Below are positions 47,378-58,955 of a stretch of 64,000 bases of DNA, in pieces. The notes below the pieces were generated by a model that saw only the letters and a program-made list of their open reading frames with translations, was not told where the DNA came from and searched no databases. The translations under genes and the position numbers were made by a program. Within the stretch, counting starts at the first letter, position 1. Every line of letters starts with the position of its first letter. Source of the stretch: Planktothrix sp. GU0601_MAG3 (GTDB lineage: Bacteria; Cyanobacteriota; Cyanobacteriia; Cyanobacteriales; Microcoleaceae); NCBI GenBank assembly GCA_035193785.1, contig CP136572.1, forward strand, positions 3,924,578 through 3,988,577. The letters are read 5' to 3'.

Positions 47378-47515
47378 TTGGGTACTGTCCTCTGATTTTT
47401 AATTTACCTTTGGCTAGGGTTTCGTTAAGGAAAAGCCTTGAAATAAATTTCAGGCTGAAAGCTAAAACCCGTTAAAACGGGTTGGGGAAGATCAGAATTA
47501 AGTCATTTAGATGAC

Positions 47516-47543
47516 GTAGAGACGTGCCATGGCGCGTCTCTAC
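47516..47543. repeat. REP palindrome, second family, within a cluster of short palindromes (47433-47564)
   Basis: GTAGAGACGTGCCATGGCGCGTCTCTAC; neighbours AGCCTTGAAAT..ATTTCAGGCT and AACCCGTT.AACGGGTT. Confidence 0.8.
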
Positions 47544-47579
47544 AGCCCGAACTTTAGTTCAGGGTATAGCTTTATTATA

Positions 47580-48221
47580 TTAACCTTGAAATTGCGATAA
47601 CAACCAAGCGCTAACTTTACCATGATTGGTTTGACGACTGCGACGAAATGCTTCCTCTAATACCCCCATTTCTAACCCAGGTAAAACTTGAGATTCCTTA
47701 ATTCTATAACTACCTTGATTTTTAACCTCAAATGCAATAATTTTAACCGATTGAACATCAATAATCCAATATTCTTGTACCCCTAAAGATTCATAAAGTA
47801 ACCGTTTTTCTCCTTGGTCATCTGCTAAAGAAGAATGGGCTACTTCTATGACTAAATCAGGCGCGGGAAACTGATCTAAATCAATAATTATAGTTTCCCA
47901 AGGGATAACTTCCGCATTCCCACCAATATAAAAAGAAGCATCCGGTTGGGCTTCGTCAAACCCTGTTTTCCGGTAGGTGCAGTGATCATGGCCATCTAAA
48001 TTAATGCCCCGCAGACTGGCAAATAAACCAATGGCCAAAGAAATAATAAAGTGATCACGGGAATGGGGATTTCCTGGGGGCGACATTTCTAACCTCATGC
48101 GTCCATTAAAATAGTAACCTCTGGCGTTAGAATAGATAGGATCATCCAATGCGATCAGGTATTCATCCCAGGTTGCTGTTACCCAGGTATCGGTCGGAAG
48201 TTGAGTTTGAATAGGACTCAT
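47580..48221 (-). CDS. Uma2 (DUF820) family PD-(D/E)xK-like protein
   Basis: QPDASFY, PDLVIEV and YESLGVQEYWIID. Confidence 0.9.
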   Translation of the reverse strand: MSPIQTQLPTDTWVTATWDEYLIALDDPIYSNARGYYFNGRMRLEMSPPGNPHSRDHFIISLAIGLFASLRGINLDGHDHCTYRKTGFDEAQPDASFYIGGNAEVIPWETIIIDLDQFPAPDLVIEVAHSSLADDQGEKRLLYESLGVQEYWIIDVQSVKIIAFEVKNQGSYRIKESQVLPGLEMGVLEEAFRRSRQTNHGKVSAWLLSQFQG

Positions 48222-48450
48222 AACGGTATCATTGATGAGCGATCGCTTTTATTTTAACAAATTCAAACATAACTTACCAAGCACTGTTAAATAATTTTTC
48301 ACCCATGCTCAGGGGGTTTATAATAATAAAATGTTACCCGATTTTTAATTAAATTAGATGGTATTATACAATAAATATCAATAACAAAAAGCCCAAGGAT
48401 AACCGAGCGGCTTTAGACCCATTTTTTGTCAACTAGGAGGATTATTATTT

Positions 48451-49674
48451 ATGGAACAGACTCACGAAACCTTAAAACAACAACTGAGTGCCCTATCCCA
48501 ACGCTATCCCGATTTAGGCAACCGTCTGGCCGAAACTGCACAGAAACTCAAAACCGCAGGAATTCCACCGACAAAAACCTTAGTAGATGAACTGATAGCT
48601 TACTCTCAAGACTTTAGTAATATACAACAAAAACTGCTTACCAAAGGACAACCAACGGCCAGCCAAGCCACGTCCGTACAACAGTTAGAGAATTTATTGC
48701 TAAACCTAACACCCGCTCCGGCTCATCAAAAAACTCACCAACAAGCGCTGGAAATTTTAGAGCGAGTTCTATCCCTAACCCACAGCGAACAAAAGGATTT
48801 TCCCCCCTTACAAACGGCTCAAAATCAAGCGCGGGAATTGCAAACCGCAATTTCTCAACCAACAAATCAACTGCATTCCGGGGCGGAAGCCTTAGCTACA
48901 GGAAATCATCCCTTGGTAGCCTTAGTTAATTTAGTCGAAAAACAAGAGAGTTTAGACGATAATCAATGGGGGATTTTAGAAGAACAAATTACTGGCGCCT
49001 TTGGTAAATCTTTGGGTGTAGCAATTTCCAGGGGTAAAATTAATTTTACTGTTAAAACCCCTGTTGTTTCTGCTGTTGCTGCTCCGAAACCTGCAATTCC
49101 TGATATTGTAATTTTGGATGAACCTCAAGGATCTCGAGGCCCAGAATTAATTATTGTTCCTAGTATAGATGTTACGAAATTACCGCCAACAATTGATGGT
49201 AAAAATGTTTTCTTTGGCAATGCTCCCCTAGCAGGTAAAGCTCAAGAAAAAGCCAGTCTTTCTAACATTAACTTAAAGATTTTAGTCCATTTACAAGGAT
49301 TAGGCGATCGCACCTTTGCCGCCAGGGAATACGCAGGTACCCGGGGACAGGGACGGCGTTTAGAAGCCTTTCAAATTAATATCGATCCCGCCATTGAAGG
49401 TTTAAGTCTGCGCTATATGGCCCATATCGCGGCCATTGGGGACACACCTTTAACTCCCGAAGGTCAACTGGTGGGAGAGCGGGGCAAAAACCGACAAATC
49501 GAAGGCTTCGCGATTGAACTGATTGGCCCCCAAGCCCCTAACTACAAGGTTTTCTACACCGCCCACATCCAAAATAAAGGCGATGTTCCCGTCTGCACCA
49601 ACGGCCAATACTGCGGCACAAAAGGTCAAGGGTTAAGGATTGAAGGAATTAAAATTTGGATTGAAGCGAAGTAG
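48451..49674 (+). CDS. Helical protein with C-terminal ChW-like (hydrophobic W) repeats
   Basis: Three repeats H...GD.....G.[RK]G...[RQ][LI]E.[FI].I. Confidence 0.65.
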   Translation: MEQTHETLKQQLSALSQRYPDLGNRLAETAQKLKTAGIPPTKTLVDELIAYSQDFSNIQQKLLTKGQPTASQATSVQQLENLLLNLTPAPAHQKTHQQALEILERVLSLTHSEQKDFPPLQTAQNQARELQTAISQPTNQLHSGAEALATGNHPLVALVNLVEKQESLDDNQWGILEEQITGAFGKSLGVAISRGKINFTVKTPVVSAVAAPKPAIPDIVILDEPQGSRGPELIIVPSIDVTKLPPTIDGKNVFFGNAPLAGKAQEKASLSNINLKILVHLQGLGDRTFAAREYAGTRGQGRRLEAFQINIDPAIEGLSLRYMAHIAAIGDTPLTPEGQLVGERGKNRQIEGFAIELIGPQAPNYKVFYTAHIQNKGDVPVCTNGQYCGTKGQGLRIEGIKIWIEAK

Positions 49675-49825
49675 AGGGAATGGGGAATAGTAAATTACGA
49701 ATTACGAATTACGAATTACGAATGGGGAATAGTAAATTACGAATTACGAATGGGTAATAGAAGAAGTTTACATCCCCTGCCCCCTGCCCCCCTGCCCCCC
49801 TACCTCCCATTGTCCTGAAAGAATG

Positions 49826-49855
49826 TTGACAATTGAGATCGGGTTTTGCTATAAT
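49826..49855 (+). promoter_or_regulatory. Consensus sigma70 promoter for tRNA-Thr
   Basis: TTGACA-N18-TATAAT with extended TGn. Confidence 0.8.
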
Positions 49856-49882
49856 TTAACATCGTGCAAATATAAATTCCCT

Positions 49883-49955
49883 GCTGCTTTAGCTCAGTTG
49901 GTAGAGCGGTTCACTCGTAATGAACAGGCCGTCGGTTCAAGTCCGATAAGCAGCT
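49883..49955 (+). tRNA. tRNA-Thr(CGT)
   Basis: GCTGCTT/AAGCAGC; anticodon arm GTTCA-CTCGTAA-TGAAC; GTTCAAG. Confidence 0.95.
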
Positions 49956-49987
49956 TTTTGATTTCAGATCCTTGTCAATAAGGGATT

Positions 49988-52251
49988 CTAATAATCTCGA
50001 TAATAATGGGTTTCCCGTTTATCCCCGTTGGCGACCATTCCTAATACGGGAAACTCCGGCGGTGCTAATTTCCCGCAGGGCCAAACTAAAGGCTTCTCGG
50101 TCGGTTTTTCCTAATCCGACAACCATCATTAATCCGTCGGTATGGGGGGCCAATAAATTCGCATCGGCTAACCCTAAAATTGGGGCGGTATCGTAGATAA
50201 TTAAATCGAAGGATTCTTGCAATTGTTTCATCAACTCCTGCATGGGTTTTGAGGATAGTAACCGAGTCGGGTCGGGATAGAATTTTCCGGCGGTTAAAAC
50301 ATATAGGTTTTCCTCAGAAGCAACCTTTTTAATTACGGTTTTAAACTCTAATTTTTGAGTTAAAATATTAGTTAATCCCAACTGATTTGTGATTTCTAAT
50401 AGGGTATGAATCCGAGGACAACGCAGGTCAGCATCCACTAATAAAACCCGTTGACCCATGGCGGCGGCTCCTTGGGCTAAATTCATAGCAATGGTTGATT
50501 TTCCATCGGCGGGAGTGGCGGAAGTGATGACACAAGACCGCACAGAACCTTCAGGGTTTAATAGGCGTAAATTGTTATTTAAGGCTCGGAATGCCTCTTG
50601 GAATGGACTACAAGCGGGGTAGGTGATATCAGAAATATCAATAGTTGGTGCAACGGAATTCGGAAGGATTAAGGCTTCATTACTAGCTGGAATTACCCCT
50701 AATAATGGTAAGGAAATACTATCTGTAACTTCGTGAGTAGTGCGATAAACATTGTTAAATCGTTCCAAAATTTGGGCTGCAATTACCCCTAGGAATAATC
50801 CGGCTAATCCCCCTAGGGCGAGATTTAAAGGAACATTAGGAGAAACGGTAATTAACTCTCCATTAATATTACTAGGAATCCGAGGAGGAGCAATTAATTC
50901 CCAGGGTTTCTGACTTGACTTGAGGAACAAATTTGAGTTGTATTTCTTGAGATTTATTCGTCAGTTCTGTGAGTTGATTGGTAATGGTTTTTAACTGTTG
51001 TTGTAAATCATTATATCGACCCAAAACCCTGGGAAATACTTGGGAATATTGGTTAAATTCTTGGGTGGCTTTTTCTAAAACTTGATTTCTCACCTTCAGC
51101 ATTTCAATATTATTCGCCGCCCCAACTAACTGCTGAATCATTCCCATTCGGATCGAATCTTGAAACCGGATAATATTAGGATTAACTTGATTACCCGCAG
51201 ATCCTAATACATTTTTAGCTTCTTTTTCTAATAAGGGAAGTATTTGCGATCGCTGATCCAATAAGGCTTGAATTTGCGGTGCTGTTCCTTTAAAACGGGC
51301 GGATTCAATGGCGATTTCTGTTTCTAATTTTAATAACTCTTGAAGTAGCCCTTGATATTGGGGAGATTGAGTTAAGGCGGATGCTAATAACGCTTGTTCC
51401 GGTTTTAATCCCAACTGTTTTTGTAAGGCTTGATATTGAGATTCCTGTTGTACAAGTTGGGATTGAGCTTCTAATTTTTGAGTTTGTAATTCACTCTTTT
51501 GTTTAAATAAATATTGAGTTTGTAGTTGTGGGTCAATAAAATTATATTGTTGTTGGAGTTTCTGAATTTCTTGTTTAATTGGAGGAAGTTTTTTCTCTAA
51601 GGTGGCAATTTGTCCCTGAATTAATTTTAATTGTTGCTCTCGCTCTTGATCCTGTACATCTTTAGGAAGACTATATTTTAAGTAACCTTCAGCTATTTTT
51701 TCTAAAACAAATTGGACTTTTTGAGGTTCAGAACCTTGATAACTGACTTCAAAAATTCGAGTTTGTTTTAAGGGTTTAATCGCCAAGGTATCCTTTCCCC
51801 AAAAGGTTTGTCCAGTTTTTTGGTTAAATAGAGAATCATAAGTAACTTCAGGATAGCGCGTTTGAATCCCTTTTAAAATTCCCGACATTAATTTGGGACT
51901 TTGTAAAATTTCCAGTTGGGAATAATAATTGAGGTCGGATTTTTTTTCTGAATTTGAGTCTAATTCTGGCGGTAGAGTATCGGTTTGGGGAGTAGTTTCG
52001 ACTAGAATTTGAAATGATCCCTTATATTCCGGGGTGAGATTAATTGTCCATAAATAAACCCCGGCGGTGACGGCGGTAGTTACACCCAAAACAGCGAGGG
52101 CTCGTCTTCCTAAAACTTTAAAGAAATCCGATTTTTCTTCATTATATCCCGGGGATAAATCAGCATCATAATATAAAGTTTCTCCCGAGGGATATAGGGG
52201 TTTTTTAGTATTTTTAATAACAGAGATTTGAGATAATTTTCGATTTTTCAT
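49988..52251 (-). CDS. wzc: Wzc/GumC-like polysaccharide co-polymerase with BY-kinase domain (frameshifts at 50906 and 50050)
   Basis: EAFRAL..NL, TSATPADGKST, VDADLR, YDTAP and a Tyr-containing tail (HYYRDY). Confidence 0.88.
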
Positions 52252-52258
52252 GGTCTTT

Positions 52259-53805
52259 TTAGTTCAAAATATTAACAAATCGAAAAAGTCCTAAAAAGTT
52301 ATTCAAGGGACTTAATGAATTTAACACAGTTCCCAAACCATCTCGGAAACTAGCCGCACCAGAACGACCCACAACAATTACATCATTATTTCTGAGCATA
52401 GGGTTAGTTTCCTCATTCACAGCCGCCGATGGATTAATTAAAATCTGACGCCGAGAAACCGTTTCCGTTAGGATGGATGCGAATTAATTCCACTTGTTTT
52501 TTATTCGCCCGAGATTCATTAAATCCCCCCGCTTCCACCAAAGCTTGATTCAAAGCGGTATTGGGAGGGAGAGTTTTCGCCCCTGGGGATACCACCTCAC
52601 CCACCAGACTAATTTTCAGGGTATCGGGGGAAAAACTCGCCGCCGCCACCTCAGCATTTTGTTGAGTTTCAGCCGTTGTCGCCGTTGGTACTACAATTGT
52701 ATCCCCCTGTTGTAACATCGCATCTTGACTCAAATCTCCTTCCTGTAACAGTTTCCATAAATCCACGGTAATCTGTTGTTCAGTTCCGGTGCGGGTTAGA
52801 CGTCGTACCTGAATATTACGGATATCCGCGCTAGGAGTAATTCCCCCCGCCATTTTCAGAGCTTTGGTCACCGTAAATAGTCCTCCAGTCGCCGCCACGG
52901 CACCTTCAGAGGGTTGACCGGGCTCCGGGGAAATTCTGGGAATGGTTTCTAAGGTTAGGGTATGGGTTCCGGGGCGATTTACCGCACCAACAACAGCAAC
53001 ATTGATGGGTTGATTATTATTACTAGCAAAATTAGCCGTAATTAATTGAGAAGATTCCGCCGCATTGTTTTCGGTACTGGTGGGAATATAAATCGTATCG
53101 CCGTCCCGCAGGGTAATATCCTGGCGTAAATCCCCGGTTTGTAGGAGTTCCCACAAATCCAAATTGATAATTTTTTCCCCCCCAGTTCCACTTGAGCGCC
53201 GAATTTTCACCTGTCGCATATCCGCACTCGGGGTAATTCCTCCGGCCATTTGTAATACCCTTGTAATGGTGGGTAAACGTCCCCCGGTTCCCGAGACTTC
53301 TGGCGCTCCCATCAAGGGGTTATTGGTGGTCATACTTGCTGACGGAGAGACAATATAAGACCCCGGACGTTGAACTTCTCCCGTCACCGCCACTTGTAGA
53401 GGACGGGCGGCGATTAATTTAATAGCTAAAATCGGCCGTTGTAAATATTCTCCATAGCGCTGTTGAAACCATTGCTGTTAATTGGTCTACCGTCATTCCT
53501 TGAACTGAAATATTACCAATTAAAGGCAAATTCACAGAACCATCAATCGAGACTTGATGATGACCATTATTACCACTATATTCAGGAACATTAAAAATAT
53601 CGAGTTGCAGCAAATCCCCTGGGCCAAGGGTATAACTCGTATCGCCCGTAGGAAGATTAACCATCGGTTGAGTTACTAACCCTTGAGCTTGGGCCATGGG
53701 AATATGTCCCAAAATGACAACCATCGGAAGCCAAAACCCCCACAAACAAAGGAAATTAACAGTTATTTTAGATTTTGAAGATAGAATCTTTACCATTACA
53801 TCCAA
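52259..53805 (-). CDS. wza: Wza-like polysaccharide export protein with SLBB repeats (frameshifts at 53465 and near 52461)
   Basis: YTLGPGD...DGSVNLPLIG and repeated GEV..PG...AGG. Confidence 0.88.
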
Positions 53806-53817
53806 ATAAATATAAAA

Positions 53818-53959
53818 GTAGTAAGCCCTTTAGGGCTTCTTCCAACATCAAAGTAGTAAGCCCTTTAGGGCTTCTTCCCAAGGATTATGCAAAAAATATA
53901 AGTTAGATAGATGCCGTTGGTAATTACTTTTACCGGATTAAGCCCTAAAGGGCTTACTA
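53818..53959. repeat. Cluster of three REPs of a third family, GTAGTAAGCCC-TTTA-GGGCTT (two direct, one inverted)
   Basis: Copies at about 53818, 53853 and inverted at about 53940; related copies near 25406 and 38020. Confidence 0.8.
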
Positions 53960-54009
53960 CTGGGTTCTATTTTAACCGATAATTTTTGGATTGTTTTTTT
54001 TGTTAACAA

Positions 54010-55798
54010 ATGGCTATGAATAATTTACAAGCTGATGTTTTAGTAGTTGGAGGCGGAACCGGAGGGACAGCCGCCGCCATTCAAGCCGCCCGTCGGGGGG
54101 CAAAGACTATTTTAGTTAGTCAATGGTCAATGTTAGGAGGAATGTTAACTTCTGGGGGCGTTGTTGCACCGGATGGCAATGAATTAGCAGCCTTTCAAAC
54201 CGGAATTTGGGGGGCATTTTTACGCGAATTAAACCACCATCAACCCGAAGGTTTAGATAATGCTTGGGTGAGTTTCTTTACTTATCATCCCCAAATTGGA
54301 GCGAATATTTTTGCTAATTGGGTTAAATCAGAATCCAATTTATTATGGATACCTGAAGAACAACCTTTAGAAGTTATCAAAAATGGGAATATTATTACAG
54401 AAGTTAGATTTAATTCCTGTACTATTCATGCTAAAATTATATTAGATGGGACGGAATTAGGCGACCTTTTAGAACTCGCAGAAATTCCCTATCGTTGGGG
54501 ATGGGAACTACAAGACCAATGGCAAGAACCCAGTGCCCCAATTGAACTATCAACATTAATTAAAAATACTCCGGTTCAAGCTCCCACCTGGGTTTTTATC
54601 ATGGAGGATTTTGGAGAAGGTAACACAGCACCAGAAATTCCCATTCCCCCAATTCATACCCCGGAATTATTTACTAATGCTTGGAAAAATTATGATATAG
54701 AATCCTTTCTTAATTATGGTAGATTACCTGGTAACAAGTTTATGATTAACTGGCCAATCCAGGGAAATGATTATGACCAAAACTTAGATAGGTTAATCGG
54801 TTCAAGCTCCGAAAGGTTGCAATTCTGGCAGGAAAGTTTTTACCATAGTCTAAGTTTTGCCCGATTTATTCAAACAAAATTAGGCAGAAGATATGGGTTA
54901 GCAACGGGAATTTTTCCTGTGGAAAATCGACCTAATTTTAATATTAATCCTGATATTTTATCCGCTTTTGCCCTCCATCCCTACTATCGAGAAAGTCGTC
55001 GGATTCAAGGATTAACAACAATTCGAGAACAGGATATTTTACCTGTAGAAAAGGGTTATATTGCTACCTTACCTTTAAATGAAAGTGGAGAATGTGAAGC
55101 GATCGCCATCGGAAATTACGCTAACGATCATCATTATACCCAATTTCAATTAACCCTGCAACCTAAAAGTTTCCGTTGGGGAGCCCGGTGGACAGGAAAC
55201 CCCCTTTACAATTCCCTATCGAGCTTTAATTCCAATTAATACCGAGAATTTATTAGTCTGTGAAAAAAATATTTCCGTTTCCCATATTGCTAACGGTGCG
55301 ACCCGTTTACAACCTTTAGTTTTAGGGATTGGACAAGCGGCGGGAATGGCGGCAGCTTTGTGTATTGAACAGGGAATACAACCCCAAGAATTATCCGTTA
55401 GAACCTTACAAAATGCCCTATTAACTGATAGTATTGCCCCGCAAGCAGTTATTCCTTTATTTAATTTACCTCCCGATCATCCCGATTGGTTAGACTGGCA
55501 ATATTATTATTTAGATCATCCCGAATTATATCCGATTGATGGTTATTGTCCAGCACCCTCAAACCCCCGTCATCCTGCTAAAGATAGTTACCCCTTCGAG
55601 GGTATTTTCCAGGGTCAGAGTCACCAAGACTATAGTTTTACCCCAACTCAAGGACAGTTTACGGGTCAAACCTGGAAATTAGTTACCCTATACCCCGAAA
55701 TTAACCAACAATTACAAAATATTCCCACTCCTTCCCCCCTAAAAGTTTATGGGCGTTTAAATTTCTCCGGTCAGTGGTTAATTTTAGAGGGGTTATAG
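54010..55798 (+). CDS. FAD-dependent oxidoreductase (frameshift at 55196-55200)
   Basis: VVGGGTGG and YRESRR; correction restores GTPFTIPY..L and NGATRLQP. Confidence 0.9.
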
Positions 55799-55887
55799 CC
55801 GGATTTTAAAAAACTTTTCACAGTTATCCCGATCTAAATACTAACGGTTTGTATAAATAAGTGGACAGACTCACACGGACACTTTAT

Positions 55888-56115
55888 ATGCAAACCTATA
55901 CATCTTTAGTTTTATCAGTTTTTTTATCGGTTGGTCTAACTGCTAATGCTTTAGCGGTTAATTCTTCTTCTAATCAATTATCAGAAATTATTACCGACTC
56001 ACAGTTACTTTCAGCCCGCACTGGACTCAATGGCCCCTATGAACCCGACCGAGGTGGCGGACGTCGGGATTTCCGAGACACCTCCCACTCTAATCATGTT
56101 AACGCTGAACTCTAA
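55888..56115 (+). CDS. patX: PatX-like signalling peptide precursor
   Basis: Signal peptide plus PYEPDRGGGRR; directly downstream of an FAD oxidoreductase gene, the known patX context. Confidence 0.75.
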   Translation: MQTYTSLVLSVFLSVGLTANALAVNSSSNQLSEIITDSQLLSARTGLNGPYEPDRGGGRRDFRDTSHSNHVNAEL

Positions 56116-56265
56116 CCATTGAAAACATTGATATTTTTTGATCACCGAAACCCCGGCTTTTCCCCTGAGAATAAAAGCCGGGGTATTTTATCGGCTTTGT
56201 ATATTTTCTGTCTATATGATTAGAATTAATAAATAAGTTTTTTCCTAGGATATATTTGATCATTT

Positions 56266-56509
56266 ATGCCTAACGCCCCTGCTATTGTCACCAGTTTTAT
56301 TCTGGCTTTTTGGATCAGTGCGATCGCCATTCTCGCCGTCCAAAACGCCACACCGATTTCCCTGAGATTCCTATTTTTCGAGTCGGTTTCAACTTCCCGT
56401 CGGTGTGATTCTCGCCTTTAGTCTTTCCCTCGGACTTCTGGGTGCAGCCCTATTTAAACCCATTACCCAATTAGGACTCACAACTCAAAACCCAAAAATC
56501 AGAAAATAA
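56266..56509 (+). CDS. LapA/DUF1049 family small membrane protein (frameshift at 56386-56390)
   Basis: IAILAVQNATPISLRFLFFESVQLPVGVIL after correction. Confidence 0.8.
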
Positions 56510-56544
56510 TTAGTAGTTAAACAAAATAAATTACTTAGTTGAGA

Positions 56545-56800
56545 GAGGGAATAGGGAATAGGGAATAGGGAATAGGGAACACCGGAGGAAAAGAAAATAG
56601 GGAATAGGGGATAGAAAAAAGTGATTAGCCACCCAATCAAGTATTTGTAGCAAACATTTAAGGATTTCATATAATTACCACTCCCCCACTCCCCTGCTCC
56701 CCTCCTACTCCTACTCCTCCCATACTCCCCCTGCCCTCCTGCTCCCCCTGCCCCCCCCTGCTCCCCCTGCCTCCCCTGCTCCCCCTGCCCCTCCTACTCC
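56545..56800. repeat. (GGGAATA)n STRR and C-rich (CTCCCCCTG)n tracts
   Basis: Read directly from sequence. Confidence 0.8.
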
Positions 56801-56804
56801 GTAA

Positions 56805-57599
56805 CTACTTCAATGGCCACCAAGAAACCTTATCCCGAGTGGCACTATAGGTTTCTTTCAGTCCTTGGGGGTCAATGACTCGAATAGTATCTTCCGAGGA
56901 ATCATTGGATTTTGCCGCTTCAATTAATTTAACTTTTTGCATTCCCTTGAGAACTTGTTCCACGGTGCGGTGGTTTAACTGACAGGAACGGGCGATCACA
57001 TCAACGGGTAAATCAAAGGTATAAACCCCATCGGATTGTGGTTGACTTCCTAAACTGCGTTCTTGATAAACCAATGCTCGTAACAGTGCCGCCACGGCTT
57101 GAGGGGGATAGGAACTGCAATTGAGCAGATGATACTGAAATTTTTCCCGCAGTTCAAAGAATTTATCATAGCGTTCTTGTACTACTTGACTATCCTGATA
57201 AATCGCCTTTAGGGTATCCAGGGGTAGTTTAATCACATCGGTAGTTTTGTAAGCTTCAACTAAACTAGGAAACGCCCGACTCATCTGGCCAAAACTAAAA
57301 GGTAGATTTCTCATCCCAAAACACCCACCCGGATAACTGATGGTGATAATCCGGTCTAGGGGCGTACTCCGAGTAATAATTGGCCCGCCACTAACAATAA
57401 TGTAGAGAACATCTAAAAAAATATTAGGACGAAAAGCCGTATATACGGGACGGCTAGAATACAGCTTTTCTATAGCCAGGTCACAGGGAAGGTACTGGGC
57501 CAGCCAGTTAATCTCCAAGTCTCGGAACAGGTAGTTACTCTGAATCAAAAGTTGTGCTAACTCAGCGACGGTTGCTGAAGATGCTTCTGCTGCTGCCAT
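56805..57599 (-). CDS. Crp/Fnr family regulator divergent from the sulfate operon (CysR-like)
   Basis: cNMP-like PGGCFG; C-terminal HTH VIARSCQLNHRTVEQVL; genomic context. Confidence 0.7.
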   Translation of the reverse strand: MAAAEASSATVAELAQLLIQSNYLFRDLEINWLAQYLPCDLAIEKLYSSRPVYTAFRPNIFLDVLYIIVSGGPIITRSTPLDRIITISYPGGCFGMRNLPFSFGQMSRAFPSLVEAYKTTDVIKLPLDTLKAIYQDSQVVQERYDKFFELREKFQYHLLNCSSYPPQAVAALLRALVYQERSLGSQPQSDGVYTFDLPVDVIARSCQLNHRTVEQVLKGMQKVKLIEAAKSNDSSEDTIRVIDPQGLKETYSATRDKVSWWPLK

Positions 57600-57782
57600 A
57601 TTATCTTTCCCTACTGTCCATATATATCTTGACATGGCAAAGGCATTTGATTACAAACAGAACTCTCCAAATTTTGTAATGCAGATGTATTGAAATTCAA
57701 TCTAACTTAGTATAGAATCCAAAGGCAGTCGAAAATAAAAGACTGTGTAAATAAATTACAGACGAATTTCAGGAGTGTGATA

Positions 57783-58899
57783 ATGCGAATCAGTTCACCT
57801 TTACCCCCAAAACGTTTCTCTGCGAAGTTTATCGGTTGTGTCTTGACCGGACTCGCCCTCAACTCAATGGTGGTAGCTTGCTCCTCACCCAACAACACCG
57901 CCAATAACCAATCTCCTAATACCGTGAATACTCCTGCACCCCAAGCCGCCCAATCGGACAAACCGATTAAACTCACCCTCGTATCCTACGCAGTGACTAA
58001 AACTGCCTATGAAAACATCATTCCTAAGTTCGTGGAAACAGTGGAAAGCCCAAACCGGACAAACTGTAGAGTTTGAACAAAGTTATGGCGGCTCCGGCTC
58101 CCAAACCCGTGCCGTTATTGATGGACTTGATGCCGATGTGGTGGCTTTAGCCTTAGCCGGAGATACGGCCAAAATAGAAAAAGCCGGACTCATCCAACCC
58201 GGTTGGGAACAGGAACTTCCTAATGAGTCGATTGTCCATAAATCCGTCGCGGCGTTGGTGCTTAGGGATGCGAATACCAACATTAAGGGATGGTCGGATT
58301 TGACCCGGGATGATGTTCAAGTAATTACCGCTAACCCGAAAACCAGTGGTGGAGCTAAGTGGAATGTCCTGGCTTTGTGGGGTTCCGTCACCCAAGCCGG
58401 AGGCACTCCAGAAGCAGCCCAAAGCTTTGTAGAAAGTGTCTTTAGTCGAGTTCCGGTGCTGCCAAAAGATGCCCGGGAAGCCAGTGATGTCTTCTATAAA
58501 CAGGGTCAGGGCAATGTCTTAATTAATTATGAAAACGAGGTGATTTTAGCGTCTCAAAAAGGGGATAAACAACCCTATATTGTGCCGACGGATTATAACA
58601 TTTCCATTGATAATCCCGTGGCTGTTGTTGATAAAAATGTAGACAAACACGGAACCCGTCAAGTGGCAGAAGCTTTTACCAAATTTTTGTTTACACCGGA
58701 AGCTCAAAAAGAGTTCGCTAAAGTCGGATTCCGACCCGTTGAATCCACAGTTGAAGCGGAATTTGCCAGCCAATTTCCTAAAGTTGAAAAACTGTTTACC
58801 ATCAAAGATTTAGGAGGTTGGAAAGAGGTAGATACTCAGTTTTTTGCTGATGGTGCAATTTTCGATCAAATTCAAGCCAAAATTGCCCAATCTAAATAG
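57783..58899 (+). CDS. sbpA: Sulfate ABC transporter substrate-binding lipoprotein (frameshift at 58035-58039)
   Basis: LVSYAV, QSYGGSGSQTRAVIDG, NPKTSGGA and NYENE. Confidence 0.95.
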
Positions 58900-58955
58900 A
58901 TATTGATTCAGGAGCCTTGCTCTGAAATTCTAGTCATTTATTTGAGGAGATTAAA

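Noticed and set aside
47580..48221. Uma2 gene as part of the McrBC operon
   Set aside because: Separated by ~200 bp of palindromic repeats; Uma2 paralogues are abundant and scattered in cyanobacteria, so linkage is unsupported.
49883..49955. tRNA-anchored integrative element between mnmE and tRNA-Thr
   Set aside because: No integrase and no duplicated tRNA 3' end seen near any of the three tRNAs.
56485..56670. 61-aa hydrophobic ORF
   Set aside because: Translation of the (GGGAATA)n repeat tract, not a credible gene.
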